A DNA stretch of 64,000 nt from Phallusia mammillata (taxonomy: Eukaryota), in assembly GCA_965637545.1 (NCBI GenBank), contig OZ281496.1:16306001-16370000 (forward strand), read 5' to 3'. The notes beneath the pieces were generated by a model. That model was not told where the DNA came from. It ran no database searches and was given only the letters and a program-made list of their open reading frames with translations. Below, in pieces: positions 39,000 to 51,620 of this stretch (position 1 is the first letter of the stretch; each line of letters starts with the position of its first letter). The translations under genes and the position numbers were made by a program.

Positions 39000-39700
39000 T
39001 ACAGCCTCCGAAATTACCGTATTTGAAAAACTAAACAAGAGTTTAGCAAAACAACTTTTTCAATGTTTGATCACCATGTTCTAGTGTATCTGATGGAACA
39101 TATCCAAGATCAACTTTTATGCACGCGTAGGCTAACTTAGATGATTTCTGAAACCTTTTCTTATAGTGAATTAAGCTAAAGGAGTATTTCTTTCATAACT
39201 GAACGAATGTAAACCAGTTCTTCAAACTTTTCCACCAACTGCTGGACAAGATGGCCGACTTTGCACAAAAACGGTTAGGGGCGCTAACAACAATATCTGC
39301 GAAAATAATCCCTTTGCCCTACTTTTGAAAAGACGCTAAGAAATACCAGAAAAATACAAAAGAAAATAATATTTTTTGTACATGTTTTTAGTGGCACGCA
39401 TTAAATAAATAATTTAAAAAATTCCCAAGGTTTAAAAAGTTTTTCCCAAGATCTTGGGAAAAATCCCAAGGAGTGGCAGCCCTGCACTACAATACTGTTC
39501 AAACTTAAGACAATCAAGTGACACACATTTTTACTGAGATGTGTCAAACTTATAGAACAAAAATGAGCAAAAACTCAAAAAGCAAGAAATCTCGTTTTTT
39601 GTGCAGATGGTACGCTTAGACTTGACTTCGCCCTGAGACCATGCAGTGGTGGAACGTCAGTATGCGAGAATTTTAATACTGCACATACACCGCAAACCCC

Positions 39701-39764
39701 GGTAGAGCTACTAACACTGGAGAACTCACATCACAAGCAAACCTATTGTGTTAGTAGATCTACC
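39701..39764. mobile_element. 64-bp mini-MITE (Merlin/MULE-like)
   Basis: 17-bp TIR GGTAGA(G/T)CTACTAACAC; 9-bp flanks GCAAACCCC/GCAAACCCT. Confidence 0.7.
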
Positions 39765-40693
39765 GCAAACCCTGCATATTATCTCAAAAACTTACGACCT
39801 TTCCGTTTTAGAAAACTAACGATGTACCATATTTTCCCCCCCAAAGTTTGTCCAACTTGGTTTTCCATGAAATGTTTGATGGATTGGGATGAAACTTACG
39901 CAGAGGGTAGATATAGTCATTTAAATGTGGCAGTCGCTTTGTTTGTCTTGATAACCACTGAGCATCCCTTTAGTCCCCTTAAATGTGTTTTTAAACAGTG
40001 TCGGAATTGGCAGTAGAATATACCATTGCTGTGTTCAACCCTGTAGCCCCAAAATTTACACCACTATCGCCGTATGTTACTGGGCACCACAAACGTAAGG
40101 TTTCTCTAGTGTGACGTATCTAACTTGTGTTTGTCAATTGCTTGGTGGATTTTTTTGCACCAGGTTCCTTTCTTTTTACTTACTTTGCAACCCACAAACT
40201 CTAGTGTAGGCCGTAGTTTAACCCCCTTCTTCGTACTCCGTGTGTTGGTAGTTGATAGTGTGAAGTTGTCGCGCCACTTAGTTTTTTTCACCCCGGTCTC
40301 TTCTGCCCTCTTGCGCTTTCACGCCTTTGTGTCCGCTCTTAAAGCGGCGCCGAAAGAGGAAAGCTCAAGACCGCTCTTTCTCTCCCACGGCGAGTACTCC
40401 TGGACTCCGCTCCCCGGCTTGTGCCAGCGAGCGGCTCCTCTCCGTGCTTCTCTTATCTCCGTAGCCAATTAAGTCTGCTGGCTTAATTGCCTTTGTTTTC
40501 TCGTCGCCTTTTCTTATAATATTGTAAATAATTTAACCGCGTAACCTCCTTTTGTTTCATTAATATTTAAAAAACTCTCCCTCTTCCCCCCCTATTTTTC
40601 TGTAAATTTTCGGTTTGTTGTAAACGTGCGCCCCCCCCAACCTTCAACAAAAATCAAACTTCGTGCTCAACCACCTCAAAAGCCACTACAAAA

Positions 40694-43110
40694 ATGACCA
40701 ACACCTTCTGGAAGATAGATCATTGCACATTACAGTAACCTCATGAAAATTACGACCTCGCCGACTTCATTGCATTATTTACCCGTAACGAGATTCTCCC
40801 TTTTTACGAAGAAACGCTACAGGGTGCACGCTGCCTGAATAGGAAAAAAATCAGTTTTTAAAATCACCTTCAGAAATGATGCCAGAGAAAAACACACGGA
40901 ATTATATCAAAGACTGCATAGAGGCCTCTCGTTTGGTAACAACGGAAGAGACAAAATATCCTTATTAGCTGAAAAAACCCCACGGCCAACAACAAAATAA
41001 ACTTTAATCCCAGTCCCCTTAGAATTCCATGAGAAGCACTCCATCCACATCTGTGAATCGCTTGAATGGGGATCGTATTAAAAGCACTCTTTTCTTACTC
41101 ACACTAAATTTTCCAACAATCTGCAACGGTTATATGAATCTGTTTATTGAAAGATGCAAACTATCTAACACACAAAGCGAAATTACAGCATTTGGTCACA
41201 AAATTCAAGTAGTCAAACCAGGAAAATCGTTCGGCCCTCTGCCAAAATTGCAAACAACGAGGGAACTCGGCTAACCAGTGTGCAAAAAAAGAACAATGCC
41301 AACTATGCGAAGCATTTGACCACAGATTGCCCTCACGCTTCACCGATAAAAAAAGCTGGGCCCAAATTCTACCAAATCTGTACAAAATTTTAACAAAAAA
41401 CAACAAAACAAGATCCAGAAAAACAACCAATCCACTCCTCTCGGTTTCCAGTTTCATCTCAAAGAGCCAGCAAAGAGAAGAAGAGGACAAAGAAGGAAGA
41501 AGAAATTTGAGGAACCAAAAGAAAACGCAGCAGCAACAGTGGCAATAGCACTATCATCAAAAAAGAAACTAAGAAAACTATGCGACTCGGATATCTTTTT
41601 GATTCAGGAAGCACATAAATTAAATAAAACACATTTCGAAAATTGGACTTTAAAAAACAGTTTAATTTATTTCTTTATTGGAAAAATCCTACTCAAACCG
41701 ATCACAAAGTCTAAGGTACGTTAATTTTAATCAAACAAACTTTAATAATATCCCAATAGTTATCCTAAATATATACCTCCCATCCAGTAACACAACATCG
41801 ATAATTCACAAACGAAACGACCTTATTTTAAAAATAAACGAAACTTTAGACCACAATGCAAACCAATCCCAAATTTTAGCAGGCGATTTCAATCTCCTTG
41901 TTGACAAAATAGACGCATTGTCCTCCGCTTATCGGATTAAAAGTAATACCCTACTTTGGCGACAAACAATAAAAAAAATACAAACTAACTGACTGTTTTC
42001 GGCACTTTTTCCCCACCAAAAAATTCTATACACGAATAGCAAATACCTCCGCAACCCGACTGGACCGCATATACTGCCATACAGACCTTCTAAGTAAGCT
42101 ATCCTATTTTAAACACAATCAAATCACTTTTTCCGATCATTGCTACGCACCAACGGCCACTTTTAATTTTAATTTAAACAAAAGATAGGCAAAATCCTAT
42201 TGGAAACTAAATTTAAGTCATTTGAACGATCCCATTTATATCAATTTACTAGAAAACCTAATTTTAAATTTATTCTTCCGTTTAGAAAATATTAAACAAG
42301 AATCTGCGAGCATCCGAACGTTAAACATCAATGATCAAATTGTAACGGACCAAACCCAAATAAATGAAATCCATAACTTTTATTCAAAACTTTGGCAAAA
42401 TAAAAGAAAGATCACGCAACACTCACAAGATCTTTTCCTATCAAATGTTAAAACTGACCCCGAACATAATCTGTCGGAAAAAAAAAAGAAAAAAACCTTT
42501 AACCCTAACCAAAACAGAAATTTCAATGGGCGAAATGAATTAAAATTCGTCGCCAGGCGAGCGGCCTCCCAATTGAATTTTATCGCAAATTTTGGCCCGC
42601 ACTTCAATTAAATTTTCATGAAATGGCACAGAATATTTACCTTCGGAAAGAAATACTCCCTTCATTTAGAAACGCGCTAGTAAAACTAATTCCAAAAAAG
42701 GACAAAGCTCTTATTACAAATTGGCATCCGATATTCCTTTTAAATAGCGACTACAAAATAATCAGTAAAACTATCGCAACCCGGCTACAAAAGGAATCAA
42801 ATAACAAAATATCCAGTGAACAGAAATGCGGTCTTTCCAAGCGATGTATACAATATGCCCTGGTCCTTATCGATATAGTGCTTTCGATACAATTAATCAC
42901 GAATTTATGTTTAAAGTATTGGGGAAATTACAAATCAACGAATATACCCAAAATGGATCCAAATTATTTACAAAAAGTTTTGGGCCAAATGTGTATATTT
43001 TGGGTAGTATGTGGCAATCTGGTACAAAAATCGTTAAATGTAAACGAAAAACTTTTAACAATTTTGCTTATGAACAAACTTATTATCGGTATGGCCACAA
43101 ACCTTGCCTT
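40694..43110 (+). mobile_element. Degenerate L1/Tx1-clade LINE
   Basis: ORF1 knuckles CQNCKQRG.SANQC and CQLCEA.HLTTDC; EN motifs FLIQEAH, ILNIYLP, LAGDFN, RLDRIY, FSDH, YWKLN; RT motifs LIPKKD..NWHPIFLLNSDYKII, AFDTINH. Confidence 0.85.
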
Positions 43111-43879
43111 AAAACTGTAACCTTATGTGACAAGTGGCTTGGTTATGATGGCATATATTCGATTGTTGAACAATGAATGGTTTCTCAAAATGAGAAAAAA
43201 AGGGGTGTTAATTCGTATGTTTTTGTCTGTTGGATTCGTTGATGAGAGTTTGTGTGTGTTAGACCAGAGACTACTAAGCTTAGAAATCAAAGCAAGGATG
43301 CACAAGAGGCAGTAGCTCGTGCAGAAGGGCATTTCATTTCCGTTGCAACTTAAATATGCAGCCAAGCTTCGTAAGCTGGTTAAGCAAGTGCAAAATTAGC
43401 ATGTGGTAATATAAAACACCTAAAGATCTGTACAAACATGGTAATTAATTTAAATTAGGAGTCGAAATACCTTACAATGGCATTTAAGTGTCATTTTCTT
43501 GCGTTCTTAAAAGAAACATTAGAGATCGTTAATTTTCCCAAGTGTATATGACCCTCATTTGCATTTCCTGCAAGTTTATTAAAAATCCGTTGCGATTTGG
43601 CTCCAAAAATTGAGCGTCAAACCTAAACTGCGACGTTTTTGCACCAGAGTGAAGCTAGACAGCAATCGCTATTGCGCTAAAACTAAAAAAGATACGGTAC
43701 TGAAATTTTGACACAATTTTCTAAGCTTTTAGAGCGTTTCAGCGCACAAACTTTCGAAAAAAATATTTTTCAGTTATTAATACGCTTATGTTGAAATTAA
43801 TATTCATCGATATGAACGTCATAACGCCAGGGGTACTCCATAAAATGTCTTGCAGAGTCTTCTCATAAACAAATGCTTC

Positions 43880-44655
43880 AAAATAAGCCCAAACACAATG
43901 ATCTAGCAACTGGGAGCAACAAGTCGAAATATTAATATAATATGCCATACTCACGACCAACAACATCCGATGTGCGCTGGTCCTAAAATTTAACGCAGTG
44001 CATTGAAACTTTTTTTTATTCTTTACATCCATACCTAATCACCCAATCTTCTAGCAACGGAAGCGCAGCACTAATACACTATCGAATATTCATAACCGAC
44101 ATCCCAAAACCGAAATAATTCCACCCAAACAATATTCAATGTGCTCTGGTCCTAAACTTCATCGCTACTCCATGAAATTTACAAATGTTGTTCTCTACAT
44201 TCATACCTTTAATATGAGCCATTACTCGAGCTTCTAGCAACAGGGAGTCAGCACGAATACACTATCGAAAATTCATAACCGACATCCCAAAACCGATAAA
44301 ATTCCACCCAATCAATATTCAATGTGCGCTGGCCCTAAACTTCATCGCTACTCCATGAAATTTACAAATGTTGTTCTCTACATTTATACCTTTAAAATGA
44401 GCCATTACTCGAGCCTCTCGCAACAAGTTAACTGTACCAAATTTGCGATTGATAATTCATAAATAATGTCCGAAATCAACCCAAAAAGTATGCGATGTGC
44501 GCTGGCCCTAAACTTCATTGCTTCTCCATGAAATTTACAAATGTTGTTCTCTACATTCATACCTTTAAAATGAGCCATCACTCGAGCTTCTAGCAACAGG
44601 GAGTCAGCACGAATACACTATCGAAAATTCATAACCGACATCCCAAAACCGACAA
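43880..44655. repeat. Tandem repeat, about 180-bp unit, 4-5 copies
   Basis: AATACACTATCGAA at 44073, 44256 and 44612; shared ATGTGCGCTGGCCCTAAACTTCAT..CTCCATGAAATTTACAAATGTTGTTCTCTACATT. Confidence 0.9.
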
Positions 44656-44855
44656 TGACAAGCAACCGAATGCTTTTTATAAGTGAATGCTTATTTGGGT
44701 TCGTTAAATTATTATATCATAAAATTTGCTTTCAGGTTTCTTGAATGAAAGCACCTTCTGGATCGGAGATGTCTCGTGTTGTTTGTGTCCGAGAAGCGTG
44801 TTGTTTGTGTCGGACAGCAACGCGAGGAATCTGGTCAGCCCTTGTGTAGTAAAAC

Positions 44856-45889
44856 TGTCACAAATATTCTAGAACGCCCCATGATAATATCCCACGTCCC
44901 AATTACCACGCATCACGGGTATTTTCTGTACGTCTAGAGCAGGGGTCGCCAACCTTTACGACTCAAAGAGCCACTCGGACCAGTTTCACGTGGTAAAAAA
45001 ACACTGGGAGCCACAAAGCCGTTTTAAAATTTAAAATAAAATGCAAAACGTTTTTAGTTTTATGACATTCGACTTTTTGTTGTTAGCTAGTGTTTCATTG
45101 CATATTAGACACACTGGTATAATAGTGTCGTCAGCAGAGAAAGCAACTTTACGTAGCGCTGCATATTCTGTTTTTGCAGATTTGTATTCCTTTGTTAACG
45201 CGTTTGTTGCATAACAATTGACAAACAGCTATTGTTTCGCGCGCACACACACTGCAAACAAAAACAGTATTGTCTCATATTGCATATTAACCTGCGCTTG
45301 CCACTTTCAGGCTTGGTTTGATGGTATAGAGATGGGTTGCAGGTGACTACAACAAGCGAGTACAGTTATGCTACTGCACTTCAATTTTCGTGTTCGACTT
45401 TTGTGTTCGGCATAATCGACACATAATTTTTGTTCAAATGTACAACATTTGGTAAAGTCAAAAACTGAGCCGCATCAGAGGGATCGAAGAGCCGCGGGTT
45501 GGCGACCCCTGGTCTAGAGTCTTTCGTTGCAGGCGCTATTGTGTTGTCATTGCTATAATTTTATCGTGTCGCCGTTGCCCGTTGCAGGGTTCATTGTTTT
45601 ATCTAAAGGAAATCGTCATAGCGAGTTAACGCCTTTTTCCCGATCATTGTAATGCAAGGTATATAAGCGTCCCCGTCTAACGATTTAGAGAATATAATAT
45701 AACATAACAGAGAAGAAGATGGAGATAACTGCGAAGTAGTGCTGGATTGTTATTTTGGTTGTGGTGTAAAAGGAAATAAATGTAAAAGGAAAGGTTTCTT
45801 GCCGATCAAAGTACACGAGCGTTAGCTGTTAAGGAACTTCCGATAGTCAGTCCTATCTTTTGCGTACCCGTGAAAACGGGAACGTGACA
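44856..45889 (+). repeat. 5' LTR (about 454 bp plus an inserted hAT MITE)
   Basis: Matches 56582-56912 once the MITE is removed. Confidence 0.92.
44940..45511. mobile_element. hAT-Charlie MITE, 572 bp, inside the 5' LTR
   Basis: Perfect 15-bp TIR CAGGGGTCGCCAACC; TSD GTCTAGAG; the 3' LTR holds the empty site. Confidence 0.97.
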
Positions 45890-45891
45890 TC

Positions 45892-45909
45892 TGGGGGCTC
45901 GTCCGGGAT
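45892..45909 (+). promoter_or_regulatory. Primer-binding site, tRNA-Pro
   Basis: TGGGGGCTCGTCCGGGAT, 2 nt after the 5' LTR; the canonical tRNA-Pro PBS sequence. Confidence 0.92.
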
Positions 45910-46301
45910 CTGACTTAAAAGCGAAGTTGAACACTAAAGGCCGGTTCACACATGACGCGGTTAGCGCGTAACTGCGGAGGTCGACGGATAGCGTTTTGCG
46001 GTTGGCATGTCACACAAGGTGCGGTTGTCCTTGGGCGGCAAAAAAACTGTGGTTACGGCGGCTGGCGGTAGAGTTGAAATGATTCAACTGTACGGCGCGG
46101 ATGGCGGCTTAATTGCAAACGTGAATGAAACAGAACAAAATTTTTTTTGGTAAATATTGATGGAAATGTTTTTATATGCAACTTTTCACAGGATATGTGT
46201 AATTTGGATGCAAAGGATCATTCTTAACCAGTTTAATGTGTAAACCAATATTTTTTCACATATAGTTGTAGGTTGTAGCATAAAAAAAAACTGATAAAAA
46301 A

Positions 46302-47546
46302 ATGGAGAATTTTAATGAATGTCTTATCGACCTAGTTAAGGAATCACCTCATTTGTACGATTCAAAAAATCGTGATTACAAGGATGCTATCAAAAAAGAA
46401 AACACATGGCTGAAGATAAGTCAAACTCTTGGGCAGCCAGGTAACTGTATCTAACTGATCACTTATGGTGTACATGATTACTATACTACACTAAACAATG
46501 ACATATTAGTTGTATAGGTTTAAGTATGAATAACTATAAAGTGAGTTACTATTTATATCCAAATCAGTGGAAAAAATGCAGCTTGCTAAATATGCATTCT
46601 TGATTAGTTGAAGCTTGCACCAAACGTTGGAAAAGCCTTCGAGACAAGTTTGCAAAATTAAAAAAGGCAATGGATGAAACCACAAAAAGTGGAAGTGGTG
46701 CAACAAATGCAAGGGTTTGGGAGCACTTTGAGAGCATGAGGTTTTTGGATGAGCACCTTCGCCACAGATTGTATGTTAGAAAGTTGATAGTTTTGATTTT
46801 AAAGGCAGTGTTTAGTGGCAGAATGTTTAAGGGAAAGAAAGTCTATTAGCAGTTGACATTCTGGTCAAAATACAATTTATTTGCTTAAAAACCACACCAC
46901 AAGCAAAGATAAAATAATTCTTGTGTTTAGAACTGTCAACAATATGCCCATGCTGGATCTTACCAATTCTGAAGTGGTCGAAGATTCAAATTTGATTGGT
47001 TAGTGTAATTTTTTGTTGTATTGCATTTGGTATGTGCTCAAATTAAAAAAAAATACTTTTAAAACTTGTTAAGACCTTGAATGTGTGGATGAAACATTTT
47101 CTGAAGAAACAAGATCTCCAACACCTTCATCAAGCAGCAGTAGTAATGCAACAAAGAAACGGCATGAATTTCAGGTATGTTTGATATTTTTTTGTGTTTT
47201 TTTTAACTTTGATATTTGCCATTTAACTGAAAAAAATGGTTTGTAAATAAATTTGTCAGAATGTTAAAACACTTTTCATAAATAGTGTTAATGAATCAAA
47301 AATTTGTTGCCACTTGAATTTGATTTTATGTTTTGTTTTAAGGAAAGGCTGTTTTCAATGTTTGAAAAAAATCATGAAGCTATTGCAGCAGTGACCTCTA
47401 TACAAACGCAGCAAGTTCACACTGAAAATCCAGCAAACCAATTTGGCAAGTTGGTTGGCCTTAAATTAGAAGCACTGCCAGCAGCTAAGGCAGATCAAGC
47501 AATGGCTCACATTTTGCAATATTTATGTGACTTGCAGTATTCTTAA
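46302..47546 (+). CDS. Harbinger MADF protein, 5 exons (46302-46440, 46608-46770, 46931-46998, 47074-47174, 47343-47546), apparently intact
   Basis: LIDLVKESPHLYDSKNRDYKD..KENTWLKI; RWKSLRDKF..WEHFESMRFL; GT-AG introns keep phase through to the stop codon. Confidence 0.85.
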
Positions 47547-47692
47547 TGTGATAACCTTTCTCAATGACAACCTTGGTTACTGACTGCTGTGTCTTTTGAT
47601 GTGCTGTAGTCTGTACATGTGTTAACATTTTCTTTAAATGTAAATGTATATTGAAATACAACCCATAACACAACAAAGTTTGCATTTAAAAC

Positions 47693-49225
47693 TTAAGATC
47701 TATTGGCTATGATATCCTGCCATGGTAATCGTCCTGCGGGTGAATTAAAATATTCTTTAAATTCGTATCGTATGTGTGATGCAGCTCTCGTGCAATTGTT
47801 AGAGCTCATTTGTCCAAGTGGAAATAGGTTTCCTCCCAAGTCTTCCACTCTCCATCTTCCTGGAATAACAACACCATTGTCCTCTCGTGTAATTGTTAGA
47901 GCTCATTTGTCCAAGTGGAAATAGGTTTCCTCCCAAGTCTTCCACTCTCCATCTTCCTGGAATAACAACACCATTGTCCTCTCTGTCCACATGACATGGT
48001 GGACAGTATAAATAACTTCTTGGCTGGTTATGTTGTTTCTGCAAAAAGTTGTGAAGGCAACATGCAGTCTTGGTTATTAAAACAGCATTTTCTACATCGG
48101 CTATTATTGGGCGTTTGAACACTCTCCAACGAGTTACAAGTATTCCAAATGTGTTTTCAATGACACGTCGGGCTCTTGACAAACGGTAATTGAAAACACG
48201 CTTTTCTGCAGACAAGTAATGACCTGGATATGGTCTCATCATATTTTGCTTTAAAGGAAAAGCTGCATCACCTACGAAGCAATAAGGCACAGAAACTGAA
48301 GTGTTCCTGATATTCTCTGGAGGTGGAAAAGGAAGCTTATCACTAAGAAAATCTTTACCAAAACTTGAGTTTGCAAATACTCCTCCATCACTGTGCCTCC
48401 CGGAATCACCAATATCTACCACAGAAAAGCAGTAATCTGCTGAACTTACTGCTAATAAGATAATGCTGTGGTAACCCTTATAGTTGAAGAATTCTGACCT
48501 TGAATGAGGTGGCGACTGTATTGCAATATGTTTGCCATCTATTGCTCCCATACACATAGGAAAATCCCACTGCTTTTCAAACTGTGCTGCAATTTCTCGC
48601 CATTCAGCTTGTGAATTTGGCATCCGTAAACAAATTGACTTAAAGCATAACATATTGCTCTGCATGTCTCTGATATGATGTTACATAAGGTGGCGCGACC
48701 AACACGGTAGTTAAATGCAATTGCTTGTTGAGAATCACCTGTAGCTAGGTATCTGCAACAAAAACACTTAAAAATTTAGAACAAAAATTACTTCCTCAAA
48801 AACCATACAAAAAATCACCTTAATGTCATAGCCAATCTCTGAGAGGATGATATCGGCTTTCTCCATCGCGTCGTTTGCTTTTTTATATGTGGAGAAACCA
48901 ATGAAAGCAAGTAGTCAAATGTAGACACATCCATCCTAAAATATCTGTGAAAGCTTTCTCCATCATTCCTCATGTGCCTCACAAGGATTTGTTCCCCTTG
49001 ACTCTCCCGTCTTTGCAAAATGGGCCTCACCCACCACCTTTCACAAAATTAACCTTACATGATGTTGTAATTTTAGCTTATTGTAATTTGTAAGTATTTG
49101 CTTAGGTTAAAAAATAATGCAAATTTTCTGACGTACCTCCGGTTCTTTGCTTCTGAACTTTTGTAGTACAAATACAACAACAAACTCTGTTCTTCCAACA
49201 GCAACAAAATTGCGTTGTTGTGCAT
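47693..49225 (-). pseudogene. Harbinger DDE transposase (HARBI1-like), 3 exons, two lesions
   Basis: WWVRP, YFRM, RLAMTLRYLATGD, GAIDGKH, SDGGVF, FVGDAAFPL, VIENTFG; 1-nt frameshift near 48640 and a 97-bp tandem duplication at 47785-47975. Confidence 0.92.
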
Positions 49226-49401
49226 ACCGATAAAGCACTACAGTCAGCCGTTTTTATTGAACTGAAATATTCCTAAAACATAAGTGGTGCGAACGACCTA
49301 GCGGTTAGCGTGTCGCGTCAGACTATCCGGCGAAGCGCGACGCAAACCGTTGCCGTCAAGCGCGTCTTGTGTGAACCGGCCTTAACCCTTGCAAGATTGG
49401 C

Positions 49402-50179
49402 AATGGCGTCTCTAATACGGTACATAGAGGCGGGAAAGCAGATGGGTCTTGTTGGCCAAGACCTGCGTCGATACGCCGATGAGCAGATGATTAAGGAAGA
49501 GGAACGTGAGGTTGCGCAGTGGAGACGCGATGTCGAGGCTGCACAGAGAAAACGCGATGCAGAGGCTGCGCAGTGGAGACGCGATGCAGAGGCTGCGCAG
49601 TGGAGACGCGATGCCGAGGTTGCGCAGAGAAAACGCGATGCAGAGGCTGCGCAGTGGAGACTCGATGCCGAGGTTGCGGCTGCGCGGAGAAGACTCGAGG
49701 CTGCGAAGAGAAAACTTGAGGCCGAACGAAAAATCCGCGAGCACGAACTAGCCATGAAGAAGCTTGAGTTGGAAGCTAAGCACCGCCTTGCAGAAAAAAC
49801 AAACAGGGTTACAACTAATGCAGGCAAGTGTCCAGGATGCCTGACATGCGTGCATAAGTTTGGTAGAATCAAGAAAGTCGACCTGGACCGTGTCCACCTG
49901 GTGGAAGAGCAAGGGCGCATTCCAGGGCCAATGAATAAACGGCTTGTGACAACTTCTGTTGAGAAGACGGAAATCTGCGAATCAGTGAAGCAAAACGTCG
50001 AACCGAGGGACGAGCAAGACAAAGACTCTTCGCAGCGATGCATTGAAGAGGAAGTGCAGATGTTTGACAAGGAAGAGTCGGTCTCTGTGGCACAGGCGCA
50101 AACCGCCACGATTCAGACGAGCGCTGATGAGAACGAAGCAGAGTCATCGCAGGAGCTGATCAAAATGCAATTACATTGA
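49402..50179 (+). pseudogene. Gypsy gag N-terminus with 27-bp repeats, fused to downstream remnants
   Basis: MASLIRYIEAGKQMGLVGQDLRRYADEQ..EERE..REHELAMKKLELE; no RT, RNase H or integrase core follows. Confidence 0.75.
49508..49680 (+). repeat. 27-bp coding tandem repeat (about 6.5 units, EAAQWRRDA)
   Basis: Consensus GAGGCTGCGCAGTGGAGACGCGATGCA. Confidence 0.95.
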
Positions 50180-51269
50180 TTGGAGGGAAGTAAGACGGTT
50201 TCTTTGAACCAGAAGACGACGGAGCAGAGCGCCATAACACCTACTGTCGTCGATAAGCGGGATCAAGAATTGTTTCAAGTTCGCCCTAATGCTGAAGCAC
50301 AAATGGTGGTCGCAAAACGTCATGTTCCTCCATTACAACAGATCCTCGAGCAACCAACTGATGACAATATCGGTTTCGTGCCGACCAGTGGGAGCACCGA
50401 TCAGGGCGCATTCACCTGTGTACTGTCGTCCGTGACAACCCGCCGTCAGATGAAACAGCCCATGCAGTCAGGTGGCGAATTCGCGGAATCATCCTTCCGA
50501 GATTCGAAGCCATGTCACTTTCGGGGGGATTTCCACAAGTTTCTCAGGTGCAGAAGTAAGCAAGAAAAAGGCAAAGAAGGAAAACATTGGATAGAGGAAG
50601 CAATACCTTCAGGATGCAAGGACAGTAAGCCTATTTACATGATCGGGTTAGCGATGCGCGTTAGCCCGCATAGAAATCTATCGCGGGTGTTCCCCGTTCT
50701 AACCCGCTAAGCACCTCAATTTACATGGCGCGTTTTCGTAACCCGCTTGTTTGGTGCAGGCTTCGTGTGATTTTTTATTTGTATCTTACAAACATTTTTA
50801 AAACTTGGTTGTTACAAAGCATTGTTTTGATGTATTGTGATATTAAAGGGCCCCGGCAGCGGCGATGTGACTTTTTCTACATTTTAGATATTTAGAATTT
50901 CCAAAAATCAGGGATTCCGAATCACTAATTTTTTTTGTCCTATGATTTGTCGTTTTCGAGATATTCAATCAAACAACGAGCTCTCGAGCGACACCTTGGT
51001 TTGATATGTAGCAGCGATTGTTACGTCACCTCGTACCAACTTCTAACAGTGGCGTTGGTCAGCTGTTGTTTTTATTGCTTGTTTTAGCTTTGATGCGTAC
51101 ATTTTTCTATTGTTTACAACTGATAAAATTAACGTAGATACTTAGTTGACAGTTAAGCAATAAATAACAACTGTTTGCTTAAAAAGGTAGGTGTTTTGTT
51201 GTTGACAAAAGGTATTTTCCACGTAACAGAATTATTGTAGGTGTTTATGTACTAACTATGTGATAATGG

Positions 51270-51620
51270 AGGAGTGAAAATCATGCGTTTGCTGCCATGA
51301 AATTAGTAAGTGCAACAGCAGTTAGCCAAGTTCAACGAATATTCTGAGTCGAATCTGCTTTGTATAAAAGCATATCCTGGATTTGAATAACGTGTATTAG
51401 AAGCAGCATGTTATCGATTTAAACGTCAATTGGGAAATCATGATGAGGGTAATTAACACCCGTCACGAGTAAGTTTTACTGTACTAACTACTAACATGCA
51501 ACTAGCAACCTCTATACGTTACAGATATACTGCCTACTAAAATTTGTTGAATGGTGCTGGGGAAGACTTCAGAGTTACGTTGCCAGACTGACAGCCACTT
51601 GTCAACTAATATATAAGTTG
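51270..51620 (+). pseudogene. Kolobok accessory protein remnant (P2X7-C-terminal/KolX-like)
   Basis: CVCCHEI; YPGFE..VLEAACYRF; RYTAY.KFVEWCWGRL..RVTLP across shifted frames, with one GT-AG intron. Confidence 0.55.

Larger units (their letters stand above)
45938..49382. mobile_element. Harbinger element 1 (full length)
   Basis: 22-bp TIR AGGCCGGTTCACACA(T/A)GACGCG; TAA TSD; convergent MADF and transposase genes. Confidence 0.95.

Noticed and set aside
40106-40472. Overlapping ORFs upstream of the L1/Tx1 element
   Set aside because: Low-complexity purine/pyrimidine-skewed sequence without domain motifs; cannot be supported as a gene.
45892-45909. Retroviral-vector (MLV) contamination suggested by the PBS sequence
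   Set aside because: The motif sits 2 nt after a native LTR with a matching 3' LTR and TSD; identity reflects the conserved tRNA-Pro 3' end.
49318-50109. 263-aa Ala/Ser/Cys-rich minus-strand ORF and overlapping short ORFs
   Set aside because: These are antisense or alternate-frame shadows of the 27-bp gag repeat.
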